32,155 nt of DNA, taken from IMG/VR virus record IMGVR_UViG_3300037465_000699, positions 1 to 32,155 of that record; one strand, given 5' to 3'. The translations under genes were made by a program, and so were the position numbers. Positions 17,670 to 27,100 of this stretch are shown here, piece after piece. Position 1 is the stretch's first letter, and the number at the start of each line of letters is the position of its first letter. This DNA comes from a virus (lineage: Duplodnaviria; Caudoviricetes). The notes under the pieces were generated by a model. That model made no database searches, was not told where the DNA came from, and worked only from the letters and a program-made list of their open reading frames with translations.

Positions 17670-18854
17670 ATGGCTGATTCACTGCTTACTCCGTCCATCA
17701 TCGCGAAGGAATCACTTCGCGTGCTGACCAACAACCTCGTCGCCGGGTCTCTCGTGCATCGCGAATACAAGAACGAATTCGCGAAGGTCGGCAGCACGGT
17801 GACGATCCGCAAGCCGGTCAAGTTCACAGCCCAGGATGGCGCAACCCGCGTCAATCAGGACGTCACCGAAACCTCGACCAGCATCACGATCGACAAGCGC
17901 AAGCACGTCTCATGGGACTTCTCCTCGAGCGATCTGACGCTCACGATTGAGAAGTATTCGGAGCGCTACATCCAGCCGGCCATGGAAGTGCTCGCCGACC
18001 AGGTCGACGTCGATCTGCTGGCGCGCGCCGTGGACGTCTACAACGCGGTTGGCACGCCCGGCACTACGCCGAACGCCTATAGCATCCTCGGCGATGCCGC
18101 GACCAAGCTCGACAACGAGGCGGCCCCGGCAATGAACCGCTCGACGGTGCTCAACCCGGCGGCAAACTGGTCGACGGCCGACGCGCTCAAGGGCCTGCTC
18201 AACCCGTCGATGAATGCGGACTTCGTCCGCAAGGGCTCGCTTGGCCGGATCGCCAACTCGGAGATCTACTCTGCGCAGAACGTGACGCGCCTGACGACCG
18301 GCGCCCGCGGTGGCACGCCGCTGGTCAACGGCGCGAGCCAGACTGGCGCGACGCTGGTGACCGATGGGTGGTCGAGCAGCGTTACCGGCGTCGTCAAGGC
18401 GGGCGATGTGTTCACCCTGGCCGGCGTCTACGCGGTCAATCCGGTGAACAAGCAGAGCACCGGCCAGCTCCGGCAGTTCGTCGTTACGGCGGACGGCAAC
18501 TCGAACGGCTCCGGTCAGCTCTCGGTCAGCATCTCGCCGGCGATCACGGTCTCTGGCGCGTACCAGACAGTCTCGGGCAGCCCGGCCGATAACGCCGCAA
18601 TCACCCTGATGGGCTCGGCCTCGACGCAGTACCCGGCGAATCTGATGTTTCACCGGGATGCGTTCGCGCTCGTCATGGTGCCGCTCGAGTTGCCGAAGGG
18701 CGCGGCCTTCAAGGCCCGCGCGTCGGCCAATGGCGTGAGCGTGCGGATCATCAACGACTACGACATCGACAACGACGTCGACATCATCCGGCTCGACATT
18801 TTGTACGGCGTGAAAACGCTGTACCCGGAGCTCGCCTGCCGGATCTTCGGCTAA
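17670..18854 (+). CDS. Major capsid protein (P22 coat family)
   Basis: KVG.TV.IRKP, GDVFT.AGV.AVNP, NL.FHRDAFALV..PL, RLDILYG; AAAGGAG RBS. Confidence 0.95.
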   Translation: MADSLLTPSIIAKESLRVLTNNLVAGSLVHREYKNEFAKVGSTVTIRKPVKFTAQDGATRVNQDVTETSTSITIDKRKHVSWDFSSSDLTLTIEKYSERYIQPAMEVLADQVDVDLLARAVDVYNAVGTPGTTPNAYSILGDAATKLDNEAAPAMNRSTVLNPAANWSTADALKGLLNPSMNADFVRKGSLGRIANSEIYSAQNVTRLTTGARGGTPLVNGASQTGATLVTDGWSSSVTGVVKAGDVFTLAGVYAVNPVNKQSTGQLRQFVVTADGNSNGSGQLSVSISPAITVSGAYQTVSGSPADNAAITLMGSASTQYPANLMFHRDAFALVMVPLELPKGAAFKARASANGVSVRIINDYDIDNDVDIIRLDILYGVKTLYPELACRIFG

Positions 18855-18865
18855 GCCGAAACAGC

Positions 18866-18896
18866 CCCGGCGGCCACGAAGGCCGCCGGGCTTTCT
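18866..18896 (+). terminator. GC stem-loop after the coat gene (probable leaky terminator)
   Basis: cccggcggcc-acgaa-ggccgccggg followed by ctttct. Confidence 0.7.
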
Positions 18897-18921
18897 CAAC
18901 CACAATGGAGGAACCCCTGCC

Positions 18922-19257
18922 ATGGCAACGCTTGCAGAACTGCGCAAGAAACCCGAGGCGTCCCTGACGCCGGCGGAGAAGATCCAGCTATTCGGCGATC
19001 CCGGCGCCCCCGTCGTGACGCTCTACGCTCGCAAGCGGGTCAACGGTCGCGACGTCATCGTGGCCCGCAACTTCCTCAGGGACGACCAGCCTGGCGATGA
19101 GTGGGTCGACACCCCGGCCAAGCTCGGCGCTCCTGAATCTGCCCCGGCCACCACGGTCAACGGCGTCGACATCACGGAGACCGTCATCGGCGCGGCGCCT
19201 CCGCTGCCGGGTCCCGAGCCGGCCGGCCCGCGCCGTCGCGCCAAGGTCGAGGAGTGA
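18922..19257 (+). CDS. Hypothetical protein
   Basis: GGAGGA RBS; lies between coat and adaptor. Confidence 0.75.
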   Translation: MATLAELRKKPEASLTPAEKIQLFGDPGAPVVTLYARKRVNGRDVIVARNFLRDDQPGDEWVDTPAKLGAPESAPATTVNGVDITETVIGAAPPLPGPEPAGPRRRAKVEE

Positions 19258-19266
19258 GGGTTCACG

Positions 19267-19656
19267 ATGGCAACCGCCCGGCAGATCGTCGCTCGAGCGT
19301 TTCAGAAGGCGCACATCGTCGCGCGCGGTGAGACGCCAGCCACCGAGCAGAACGAGGCGGCAATCGAAACGCTCAACGACATGCTCGAGGAGTGGCGCGA
19401 CAACGGAGTTGACTTCGCGCTCGGCGTACTCGGTCTCGATGACGAGGTAACCGTAGACGGTGGCGCCATGCGCGCCATCGTTTACAACCTTGCGGTCGAG
19501 CTCGCTAACGATGAACACGCGGCTATTCCGCCGGCGACGGCGGCCATTGCGGAGCGCGCCTGGGATCGTCTTGTGGCGCGCGAGCAGGGCCCGGAAGTGC
19601 CGCGTTTTTCGCGAGCGCTGACCCGCTCACGCTACTATGACCTCAACGAGTGGTAG
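19267..19656 (+). CDS. Head-tail adaptor (P22 gp4-like)
   Basis: TAR.I..RA...A...LNDML..W...AI.YNLAVEL; synteny. Confidence 0.8.
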   Translation: MATARQIVARAFQKAHIVARGETPATEQNEAAIETLNDMLEEWRDNGVDFALGVLGLDDEVTVDGGAMRAIVYNLAVELANDEHAAIPPATAAIAERAWDRLVAREQGPEVPRFSRALTRSRYYDLNEW

Positions 19657-19659
19657 GCG

Positions 19660-21060
19660 ATGCCCAGGCGCATCCCGGTCGCCCTTGGTCTGTCGTCCTG
19701 GGAGTCGCGCCACGCGCCGGCCTCCGCGACACGATGCGTGAACATGCGCGCGGAAATTCAGCCGCCGGGATCAAAGGCGCCAGCGCCGCTGTTTCGCGAC
19801 GAAGGTGTTGCGGTCCTCCTGTTTACCGGGGGGCAGGCGATTCGCGGCATTAAGGCGATGAATGGCGTGCTTTTCGCCGTGTGGGGCACGACGCTCTACA
19901 GCGTCGATAGCGCTGGCTCGTTCACTTTTTACGGCACGATTGCCGGCAGTGGCCGCGTGTCGATGGCCCACAACGGCACGCAACTCGTCATCGTCAACTC
20001 GTCCGGCACCGGGTATGTCTGGAACGGCACCACGCTCTCCACCATCACCGACCCGGACTTCAAGCCCGCGGCGTGGGTCGAGTTCTTCGATCAATACATG
20101 GTGTTCGGTTGGCTGGATGGCTCTGGTTTCGGCATCTCGGCCCTGGCTGATGCGACGAGCTTCGATGCGCTCGACGTTGCCACGCCAGAGGCGCAGCCGG
20201 ACAGCCTGATTGCTGGCATTCGCGACCATCGCGACCTGATCCTCTTCGGTACCGACTCGGTCGAGCTCTGGTACAACTCCGGTCTCGCGGATTTCCCGTT
20301 CGAGCGGGCACCCGGCGGCGTCCTCGAGGTTGGCTGCGCGGCGCGCTACTCGCCGGCGGTCATCGACAACACGACCTATTGGCTGGCGCGCGAGAAGGGC
20401 GGCGTCAGCGTGCGCCGCCTGGTCGGCAACACTCCGCAGCGGGTGTCCACACCAGCTATGGATGACCTGTTCGACAGCATGACCGAAGCGCAGATCGCCG
20501 CAGCGATCGGCATGGCGTGGAGCTACGGCGGTCACGCGTACTACGCGCTGACAGTCGGTGGAAAAACCTTCCGTTATGACGCATCCACGCAGCTATGGAC
20601 GCAAAAGATTTCACCGAACCGGGCCGACTGGCGGGTCACCCACGTCGAAGCGTGCTACGGCCGCACGCTCGTCGGTACTGACGCCGGGATCGGCTATTTC
20701 GATCGCATCAATCAGCAGGAGCTCAACCAATCGTTGACCTGGGAGACGGTCACGCCGCCAGTCACGCAGGCCGGCAAGGTCGTGACGTTCAACGCATTCG
20801 AGGTCGAGATCGACGCAGGGTACGGCCCGGCATCTGGCGGTGGTGCGGAGCCCACGCTGGCGCTCGCATGGTCGGATGACGACGGTCGGACCTGGTCGAA
20901 CAGTTACTCGCGAGGCATGGGGTTTGCGGGTGCGTACAAGACGCGATGCAGATGGACCAACCTTGGCTCCTCGCGTAACCGATGCTTCCGGCTGACTGGC
21001 TCGGCGGCGGTCAAGACGGCGCTGATCCGCGCCTATGCCGACGTTGAGATCGGTCCGTGA
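19660..21060 (+). CDS. Tail hub / packaged DNA stabilization protein (P22 gp10-like)
   Basis: FDALD.AT.E..PD, LFG..S.E.W.N.G..DFPF, YDA.T..W, WSDD.G.TWS..W..LG..R.R.FR. Confidence 0.88.
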   Translation: MPRRIPVALGLSSWESRHAPASATRCVNMRAEIQPPGSKAPAPLFRDEGVAVLLFTGGQAIRGIKAMNGVLFAVWGTTLYSVDSAGSFTFYGTIAGSGRVSMAHNGTQLVIVNSSGTGYVWNGTTLSTITDPDFKPAAWVEFFDQYMVFGWLDGSGFGISALADATSFDALDVATPEAQPDSLIAGIRDHRDLILFGTDSVELWYNSGLADFPFERAPGGVLEVGCAARYSPAVIDNTTYWLAREKGGVSVRRLVGNTPQRVSTPAMDDLFDSMTEAQIAAAIGMAWSYGGHAYYALTVGGKTFRYDASTQLWTQKISPNRADWRVTHVEACYGRTLVGTDAGIGYFDRINQQELNQSLTWETVTPPVTQAGKVVTFNAFEVEIDAGYGPASGGGAEPTLALAWSDDDGRTWSNSYSRGMGFAGAYKTRCRWTNLGSSRNRCFRLTGSAAVKTALIRAYADVEIGP

Positions 21061-21413
21061 GTGGCGTCGACAAGATTCCGCTGCGCGTTCCGCTGCAGTG
21101 GGATGCGAAGTGGTTTCGCGACTTCGTGCGCGACGTTCTTGCGAAAGCGGACACTCGCAACTCGATAGCCGGGGCGGGCGTGATCGTCAGCGGCGGGCCG
21201 AACACGCCGGCGACGATTTCGCTGTCAGGCGACGCGGCCGACATCGTCGACGGGGTGCGGGCCTTCATGCCGCGACCTGAGCCGCAGCTCGCCGTGCGCG
21301 CCGGCTCCAATGTAACCGTCGTCCGCGATGCCCTCAGCTACGTCGTCGACGCCGCGCCGGTCGAGGACGAAAACCGCGTGCTCGCGGGTGTTGTCTTTGG
21401 GAGGTTCAGGTAA
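21057..21413 (+). CDS. Virion protein (tail needle position)
   Basis: GTGA-coupled to the gp10-like gene; AG.(G/N)V.V repeats. Confidence 0.6.
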   Translation: MSGVDKIPLRVPLQWDAKWFRDFVRDVLAKADTRNSIAGAGVIVSGGPNTPATISLSGDAADIVDGVRAFMPRPEPQLAVRAGSNVTVVRDALSYVVDAAPVEDENRVLAGVVFGRFR

Positions 21414-21769
21414 TGGCGAGCTACTCGCGCAGGCTGCTTTCGGGTTCGACCAGCGGCAAGGTGATCGCCGTTGCCGCCACGGCCACGCCCGGAACGCTGA
21501 TTCATACCGCGGTGGCGGGCGCGTCGGCCTACGACGAAATCTATCTGTGGGCGTCGAACGTCACCGGCGGGGCTGCCACGCTCACGCTCGAATGGGGCGG
21601 CACGTCGGACCCCGGCGAGCTCGTTGTGAAGGCGGTCAGCATCCCCGCCAACAGCGGCCCGACGCCGATCTTGGTCGGCCAGGTGCTCAACGGCGGGCTG
21701 AATCTGCGGGCATTCAGTGGCACCGCCAACGCGATCAACCTGTCCGGCTTCGTCAACAGGATTCAGTAA
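21413..21769 (+). CDS. Hypothetical beta-rich virion protein
   Basis: TAATG coupling on both sides; GGAGG RBS. Confidence 0.7.
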   Translation: MASYSRRLLSGSTSGKVIAVAATATPGTLIHTAVAGASAYDEIYLWASNVTGGAATLTLEWGGTSDPGELVVKAVSIPANSGPTPILVGQVLNGGLNLRAFSGTANAINLSGFVNRIQ

Positions 21770-22233
21770 TGAACAACAGCACCGCAATCGACGTGCTCGA
21801 GACCATGATGACTCGGGACCTGCGCCTGCCGACCGAGGCCGTGTCTTTCCTGCTTACGCTTTGGGATTTGCTCCAAGGGCTCGACGACTGGATGGACGAC
21901 ACGCCGACGCAGAAGAGCGATCGGCTGCGCACGATCTGGATAGCAATTGTCGGGCTCAACGCGCACCCGTTCTTTCGCAAGAACGACGTCGGGCTGCTGC
22001 CGGCGGTGGGCCTCATGGTGCTCAAGTGGCAGGCGGCCAACGTGGTCGAAACAGGCCGAGAGGTCGACCAGCTCCCGAAGGCGTACATCTGGCGCGCGGG
22101 TTACTACGACGTCGTGCTCCAGGTTGTGCTGATCGTTCACGGGCCGCTGGCCGCGCTCGATCTCGCGCCGACCGTGCTGCGAATGTACGGCGAGCGGCTC
22201 GAGGACTACCTCAAGGAGTTTTCCCATGCCTGA
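21769..22233 (+). CDS. Hypothetical helical protein with DDxxD motif
   Basis: TAATG-coupled start MNNSTAIDV; contains LWDLLQGLDDWMDD. Confidence 0.75.
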   Translation: MNNSTAIDVLETMMTRDLRLPTEAVSFLLTLWDLLQGLDDWMDDTPTQKSDRLRTIWIAIVGLNAHPFFRKNDVGLLPAVGLMVLKWQAANVVETGREVDQLPKAYIWRAGYYDVVLQVVLIVHGPLAALDLAPTVLRMYGERLEDYLKEFSHA

Positions 22234-23140
22234 TCCGGTCACGGCCATTGTCGGCGGCTCGGTCGTTGCGGGCGTCTCAGGGGTCGTCGGTGCCAACAAA
22301 GCGGCCGGCGCGGCCAAAGATGCCAACGCCGCCACCATCAACGAGCAGCGTCGCCAGTACGACACCACGCGCGAGGATTTTCGCCCGTACCGCGAGGTGG
22401 GGGTCGGTGCGCTCGGTGCGCTCGCCGACATTTACGGTGTCGCCCGCCCGCGTGCGCAGGCGCCGTCGCCGTACGCCGATCTGTCGCGCATCGCGGCGCC
22501 GACCAATTCGCCGTACTGGAAGGGAACAGATGCTGAATGGGACAACTATGTCCGCAATTATCTGGCACTCGGCGAGGGTCATGTGGTCAGCGGCCCGAAG
22601 GGAATCAACAAGGCCCTTCGCCAGTACGTCGACAATGCAGTCACGCGGCAGAGGCAGCTCGGAACGAACGCTCCGACCGGCTACTACGTCGCTGGGACGC
22701 AGGCGGCAGGTGGTGGGGCGTCGGGTGGCAATGTCACGACCGGCGACAGCGCGTCGGTCGACCGTACCGCCGGCTTCTACGCGTCGCCCGGATACCAGTT
22801 CCGGCTAAGCGAGGGCCAGAAGGCTATCGAGCGCGGCGCTGCGGCTCGGGGCCGGCTGTTCAGCGGCGCCGCGCTCAAGGCGACCGAGAACTACGCGCAG
22901 GGCGTGGCGAGCGACGAGTGGGGCCGCTATGTGGCCGGCCTGCAGTCGCTTGCCGGCGTCGGCCAGTCCTCGACCGGAAGCACCGCCGCAGCCGGCGCAA
23001 ACGCGGCCAACGTGATCTCGTCGTCCAACACGGCGACCGGCGCGCAGCGCGGCTCGGCCTACATGGCTGGGGCGGAGGGCGTGAATAACGCCGTGCAGGG
23101 TGGCATCGGCAATTGGGTGCTCTACAACGCGACGAGGTAA
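22226..23140 (+). CDS. DNA ejection protein (P22 gp7-like)
   Basis: Gly/Ala N-terminus, PY..G..AL, SPGYQFRL.EG..A.ER.AAARG.L.SG..LK; AAGGAG RBS. Confidence 0.8.
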   Translation: MPDPVTAIVGGSVVAGVSGVVGANKAAGAAKDANAATINEQRRQYDTTREDFRPYREVGVGALGALADIYGVARPRAQAPSPYADLSRIAAPTNSPYWKGTDAEWDNYVRNYLALGEGHVVSGPKGINKALRQYVDNAVTRQRQLGTNAPTGYYVAGTQAAGGGASGGNVTTGDSASVDRTAGFYASPGYQFRLSEGQKAIERGAAARGRLFSGAALKATENYAQGVASDEWGRYVAGLQSLAGVGQSSTGSTAAAGANAANVISSSNTATGAQRGSAYMAGAEGVNNAVQGGIGNWVLYNATR

Positions 23141-23146
23141 GCAGCG

Positions 23147-24151
23147 ATGGCGCTTGGCGAAACCTTCGATCTGGCCCGCATCTATGGCGCGGCCGCCGCA
23201 ATCAAAGAGCAGAAGTCACGCAACGAACTGCTCGACCAGCGCGTACGGCTGCAAAACGTCGTGCAGAGCACCGCGAGCGCGGCGGTCGATCCGCAGACCG
23301 GCGAATACAGCCCGGCGCTGCACGCGCGGGCGCTCTCCGCGGCCGGCTACCCGCAGGCCGGTGAGGAGATCCTCGGCAACTGGATCGGCCGGCTCGAGAA
23401 AACGAACCAGTATGTCGAGGCCATGCTGCCGCGCCTGAACGCGCAGACCTACCCGGCGATCAAGCGCCAACTTGAGAAGGCGGGCGTCGTCTCTCCGGGC
23501 TATATGCCGGAGACCTTCGACCAGAAATGGGTCGACGATCAGCTCATTCGCATGGGTCGGCAGCTCAAAGAGAGCTATGGCGCGTTCGAGGAGCTCTACC
23601 GTGGCCCCGAGGGTGTCGTCGTCGGCCAGCGCGGGGAGCGAACCGGGACCTTCGCCAACATCCAGAAGCTCACGACGCCCAAGGGCTCGAACGTCAGCGA
23701 CAAGCCCGTGAAGATCGAGGACGAGGATGGCACGCTCCGCTACGTCCGCGCCTCCGATGCGATCGGCAGGAAGGCGCCGAAGCCAGCGGGCGCGCAGGGC
23801 AAGCAGTTCCGGTTCACCGCCTCCGATACCAATGCCATCTATCGCCAATCAGCCGGCCTGTTCGGCGGGCTGTGGGATCCGGTCACCAACACTGTCTCCG
23901 GCATGGACAAAGAGACCGCTGCCCGCGTGCAGAACATCGCCGCGAAGGCTTCGCAGATCTATCGCGAGGGCGCTGGCGACGTCGATCACGCCACCGCCGT
24001 CGAGCAAGCTCTGCAAGATCAGCAGCAGCCCGGACAGTCTGCGGGCCGACAGTCGGCCAATGGGATGCCGCCGCCCGGGAGCATCGTGCGCCGCAAGACT
24101 GACGGCGCTCCGTTCCGGGTGCAGCCGGACGGCAGTCTCGCGCCGATGTAA
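23147..24151 (+). CDS. Probable second ejection protein
   Basis: Lies between the gp7-like and giant genes; helical composition. Confidence 0.6.
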   Translation: MALGETFDLARIYGAAAAIKEQKSRNELLDQRVRLQNVVQSTASAAVDPQTGEYSPALHARALSAAGYPQAGEEILGNWIGRLEKTNQYVEAMLPRLNAQTYPAIKRQLEKAGVVSPGYMPETFDQKWVDDQLIRMGRQLKESYGAFEELYRGPEGVVVGQRGERTGTFANIQKLTTPKGSNVSDKPVKIEDEDGTLRYVRASDAIGRKAPKPAGAQGKQFRFTASDTNAIYRQSAGLFGGLWDPVTNTVSGMDKETAARVQNIAAKASQIYREGAGDVDHATAVEQALQDQQQPGQSAGRQSANGMPPPGSIVRRKTDGAPFRVQPDGSLAPM

Positions 24152-27100
24152 TGCCAGGAATCGCCTACAACCCGCAGGAGTTCGACGTCGTCGGCGGGCC
24201 TGAGCAGCAGGCCGGCGCGAGCATCTTCAACCCGCAGGACTTCGAGCTCGTGTCCGTCGAGGCCGGCGAGCCCGAGCGGTCTTGGACCGACCGGATCGGC
24301 CAGAAGATAGCCTCGCTCAAGCCGGCGTTCACCCAGAAGCTTGCGGCTCTCGGCGATCCGAATATCCCGACGCCCGGCATGGTGATGACGCCAGAGCAAG
24401 GGCTCGCCGCCGGCCACGTCGCAGCGCGCCTCCCCGGAGAGATCGCGCGCGCGACAGGCGCGCAGGCGACTGAATACACCGCCGGTGCCAGGCAGGCATG
24501 GGCCGACTTCGAGGCCGCGTCGGCGCGGCGTGATGCGGAGCGAGCAGCGGCTCGTGGCACGGATCTCGTTGCGGCACGCAAGATGGCGCTCGCCGACCAG
24601 CAGGATGCCGAGGCTCGCCGGCTGGCCGGCATCGCAGCGGCAGCCCGTGAGGGCGGCGCCGAGGCCATTGCCCCGGATGCCGGGATCATCGAGCGAGCGA
24701 TCGTGCAGGGCACATCGAGCGCGCTGACGTCGCTGCCGGCCATTCTCGCCGCCGGTCCGGCCGGCGGTGCGGCGCTTCTCGGCATCGGCACTGGCGGCGC
24801 CCGGTACTCCGAGCTCCGGGCGGCCGGAAAGGATCAGGCGACCGCGGCGAAGAGCGGCCTCGAGCTTGGCGCTCTGGAGGCGCTGACGGAGTTTCTGCCC
24901 GGCAGGGCGCTGACCGCCGTGGCCAAGGGTAGCGAGCCGCTCAAGCAGGCGCTCAAGGAGTTCGTCCTCTCCGAGCTCCCTGGCGAGAACGTCACCACGA
25001 TCGCGCAGATCATCGACGACTACGCGCAGCAGCTCCGCGACGACGTGACCGTGCAGGACGTCGTCGAGGCGATCCGCGACACCACGCTCGCCACGGCGGT
25101 CGGCGGTGGCGCACAGCTCGGCGTCGGCGCCATGATGCGCGCCGCCCGGACCCGAGCGAACGTCCGCGCGGCGGCGCGTCGCGAGGAAGAACTTCAGGCC
25201 ATCCAGCAGCCCAACCTGGCCGACTTCGAGGTCCTCTCGCAGCCCGGTGAGTCGACGGCCACGCCACCGGCCCCGCAGGCGCCCACCACTACGCCGCCCG
25301 GCAGCACCGCAACTGCGGAGGAGCCTCCGTACACGCCGCCAGGCGTCGGCCCGGGCGATGTCCGCGTGCCAGAAGGGACGGACGTCGTCCAGCCCGCCGC
25401 GACCGAAGCCCCGCCGGCAGAGGCGCCGCCCGGTCCGCCAGCCACGTTTCCGCCTGTGCCGGCTGGTCAGGTGTTGGCGCCGGCAAGCGCCACTACGACC
25501 GACGTCACGCCGGCCGGTTACGCGCCTGGGCCGCAGCAGGAGCAGTCGGCAGCAGTGCCAGCGCAGGAGCCGCCCGCCGGCACCGGCGTCCCACAGGCCC
25601 CGCAGAGCACGACGCCGCCGCCCCCGGTTGTTCCTCCCGCCGGGCAGGTCGATGTCGCTGCGGGGCCTGCCGGGGCACTGGAAGCGTCGGCGCGCGTGCG
25701 CCGAGTTATCGAAGCGGCCGGCAATGGTGATCGTTTGCTCCGCGAGGAGATTGCGCCCGTCTCCGAGTGGCTGGTGCAGTCGGCAAAAGATAACGGTTTA
25801 GATCTGGCCGGCTACCGGCACACGCTTGACAGCTTTGCCGTTCGGCACATCCGCGCTCAGCACGGAGGAGTCAAGCGAGAGAAGGCGCGCGGGCAGCTCG
25901 CCGTAACCGACGACGACATCGCGGAGATTCCGAAAGTCATCGAGGCGCCGGACCGGATCGTGCTCGGTGCGCGCAGCCGCCAGAACAAGCCGCTCGTCGT
26001 CTATCTGAAAAGGGCCACCGATGGGTCGATGCTGTATTTCGAGGAGGTCAGGACCGGAAGGAAGCAGCTCGCGGCGCTGACCCTAAGGAAGTATCCCGCC
26101 ACGATGAATGCCGAGGCTATCGTCTCGACCCTGCATCCCAACGCCCAAAGCGATGGCGGGAATAAGCTCACCATACTGCAAGGCCCTGCCATACTGCAAG
26201 GCCCTGCCAGGGTCCAAGAAGCGACTCGACAAAATGCAGCTAAGAACGCTTCGCGGCAACATAAGAAGGTCGACCGCTTTGCGCCGAGCCCCCGTGTGGA
26301 CTCGCTTTTCGAGTACCTGTCTAAGATGCAGTGGCATCGGGCATCTGGCCGTGGGGTGTCAATCGACGCGCTGATCAGCGAGTTCGGTTTCGACCCGGCA
26401 GACCTGAAGGCAGCGCGAGGGTTTCGGATCTTGCGGCCCTTCAATGCGAAGGGCGTCACCTCGCTTGACGCCGTGGCCGAACATCTGGCCGAGGTGGGAT
26501 TCCCGGTTGTTGATCGAGATGGCAACCACAGCCTGCGGATGCTCTACGACATCATCAGCCGGGAACTCAGTGGGGATCTCGTCTACTCGCTCAACAACGA
26601 CGACGCTTACAGGCGAATGGCCGAGCGGCACGAGGATGATCTGCGGCGCCGGTACGAGGAGGAGGCCGGCAGCCAGGCGATCATGCCGGATGACATCCGC
26701 GCGGACGAATCGCCGGCGATGGTCGACATGGCGGAGCTCGCCCAGGTTGCGAGGAAGTACGCCTCCGAGGATGATGTGCAGGACGCGCTCAGCGCCCTCA
26801 CCGACGAGCAGGCCGTCGCCCGCCTGCTGGCGCTGATCGAGAAGGGAGATTCGACCTATGCCCAAGCGTATCGAGCCGCCGCCGGGCTCGGCCCGAGCCG
26901 GAGCGAAGGCGATACTCAAGCGCCTCAAGGCCACGGGCAAGTACCCGCTGCGCGGATCGCCGGGGACCAGCGAGACATTTTCGGCGGTGGTGACCGCACC
27001 GGCGTCAACGAAAAAGCCGCGCGGGTAGCACGCAAGCTCGGCGAGGGTCGAGGTACCATCCGGCCCGACGAAGCCCCGCCCGGGGACATCTTCCGCGACG

